Of a stretch of DNA of 64,000 bases, positions 63,155-64,000 are shown in pieces. The stretch is from Chloroherpetonaceae bacterium. GTDB lineage: Bacteria > Bacteroidota > Chlorobiia > Chlorobiales > Thermochlorobacteraceae. The position numbers were made by a program, and so were the translations under genes. The first letter of the stretch is position 1, and every line of letters starts with the position of its first letter. The notes below the pieces were generated by a model. That model was not told where the DNA came from. It saw only the letters and a list, made by a program, of their open reading frames with translations, and ran no database searches. The stretch covers positions 68,926 through 132,925 of the forward strand of contig JANRJQ010000014.1 in assembly GCA_033763895.1 (NCBI GenBank), read 5' to 3'.

Positions 63155-64000
63155 TTATAAGTTTTTGGGGTGAAGCAACTGAGTTAATTTTTCGAGCGAT
63201 TCGGCGAAATGGCTCCACGAATATTTTACCCGTTCATTTTTGATAGCCTCATGAAAGTTATGACTCGTACGATGTTCAAAGAATTCTTCCACGCCATCGA
63301 CGATTGCTTTTGGTGACTCCGGCAGCACGACAACGCCTGTTTTTTTGTGAAGAACCACTTCAGAAAGTCCGCCGACGTCAGTCACGAGCGCAGGAAGCCC
63401 AAAGTGATAGGCAATTTGAACAATTCCTGATTGCGTTGCAGAGCGGTAGGGTAACACAGCAAGATCTGCAGCTGAGAAAAATTTAGCTACTTCACCGGTA
63501 GGGATGTAATCCGTAGCCAACAACAAATTCGGCGCAATGCCAAGTTGGGATATTTTTTCTTTGTAAAAGGCTTCATCGCCGTAGAATTCCCCGGCAATGA
63601 TGAGTTTTACTTTAGGCCGTTTTGAGATGATTTCCGGCATTGCTTTAAGTAAAATATCCAAACCTTTGTAACGGCGAATGTAGCCGAAGAATAAGAGTAC
63701 ATCTTCATCGTCGTTTAGATTTAGAGAACGCCTCGCATCGGTTTTTGAAATGGGATTTCCAAAGATATGGTAAATCGGATGTGGTGATTTGACATAAGTC
63801 GCATTTGGGAGCGCGATTTTTAAGTCTCGTTCCACAAGGTCAGACATTGCGATATAACCATCCGTCAATCGGGTGGCGAGCCAAAGAAGCAGCGAATCGC
63901 CGAAGCGCTTTTCATGAGGCTTGAAATTATCTAGGATGAAAATCACCTTGGTATTTCGCCGGAGTTTTGCAATCAATGAAATCACAAAATATGCCGGTGC
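63155..64000 (-). CDS. Group-1 (GT4) glycosyltransferase, N-terminus outside the window
   Basis: GT-B C-terminal domain (LLFFGYIRRYKGLDILL...PYRSATQSGI...PALVTDVGGLSEVV). The frame stays open to position 64000. Confidence 0.85.
   Translation of the reverse strand, partial: APAYFVISLIAKLRRNTKVIFILDNFKPHEKRFGDSLLLWLATRLTDGYIAMSDLVERDLKIALPNATYVKSPHPIYHIFGNPISKTDARRSLNLNDDEDVLLFFGYIRRYKGLDILLKAMPEIISKRPKVKLIIAGEFYGDEAFYKEKISQLGIAPNLLLATDYIPTGEVAKFFSAADLAVLPYRSATQSGIVQIAYHFGLPALVTDVGGLSEVVLHKKTGVVVLPESPKAIVDGVEEFFEHRTSHNFHEAIKNERVKYSWSHFAESLEKLTQLLHPKNL

Overview
This is a 64-kb chromosomal window from a bacterium of the Bacteroidota/Chlorobiota/Ignavibacteriota (FCB) type. The lineage call rests on three predicted proteins that end in the T9SS C-terminal sorting domain (...NPFNPST.IRY...GIYFY...KKM.L.K). 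It is inferred from that motif, not from any database search.

**Housekeeping content**
- ppc, a polyprenyl synthase, and an OFA-type MFS transporter with its tiny downstream small-subunit ORF.
- A ligase-associated DNA-damage-response set (DExH helicase, ATP-dependent ligase, MBL exonuclease).
- An AEC transporter, a hotdog thioesterase, a dihaem cytochrome c, tRNA-Gln(CUG), rsmE, meaB and an EnvC-like M23 peptidase.
- tRNA-Asn(GUU), acpP-fabF-rnc, a DAACS symporter, an Omp85-family protein and TspO.
- An ECF sigma operon and two glycosyltransferases.

**Accessory content**
- Four to five toxin-antitoxin-like pairs: YefM/YoeB, DUF2283 with a small toxin candidate, VapBC, and a nucleotidyltransferase pair.
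- A partial SMC/ABC-like ATPase next to a Uma2 nuclease.
- A methylase-methylase-nuclease restriction-modification operon.
- Palindromic dispersed repeats and a 6 x 42-bp tandem array.
- A 1,976-aa FG-GAP/LRR T9SS adhesin (1,998 codons in the tracked ORF).

**Most unusual signal**
The most unusual signal is structural. At three separate loci a short gene cassette is bracketed by direct-repeat copies of the terminal segment of a housekeeping gene.
- The ppc 3' end occurs twice.
- The MFS small-subunit 3' end occurs three times.
- The exonuclease 5' end occurs twice.

The copies differ almost only at synonymous or conservative positions, and no recombinase gene is visible anywhere in the window.

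Two genes carry single in-frame stop codons and look like recent pseudogenes. I did not find a clear new multi-gene defence system. The cassette and gene-end duplication pattern and the repeat array are the items I would follow up first. All family assignments come from motif recognition by eye, and no searches or statistics were run.
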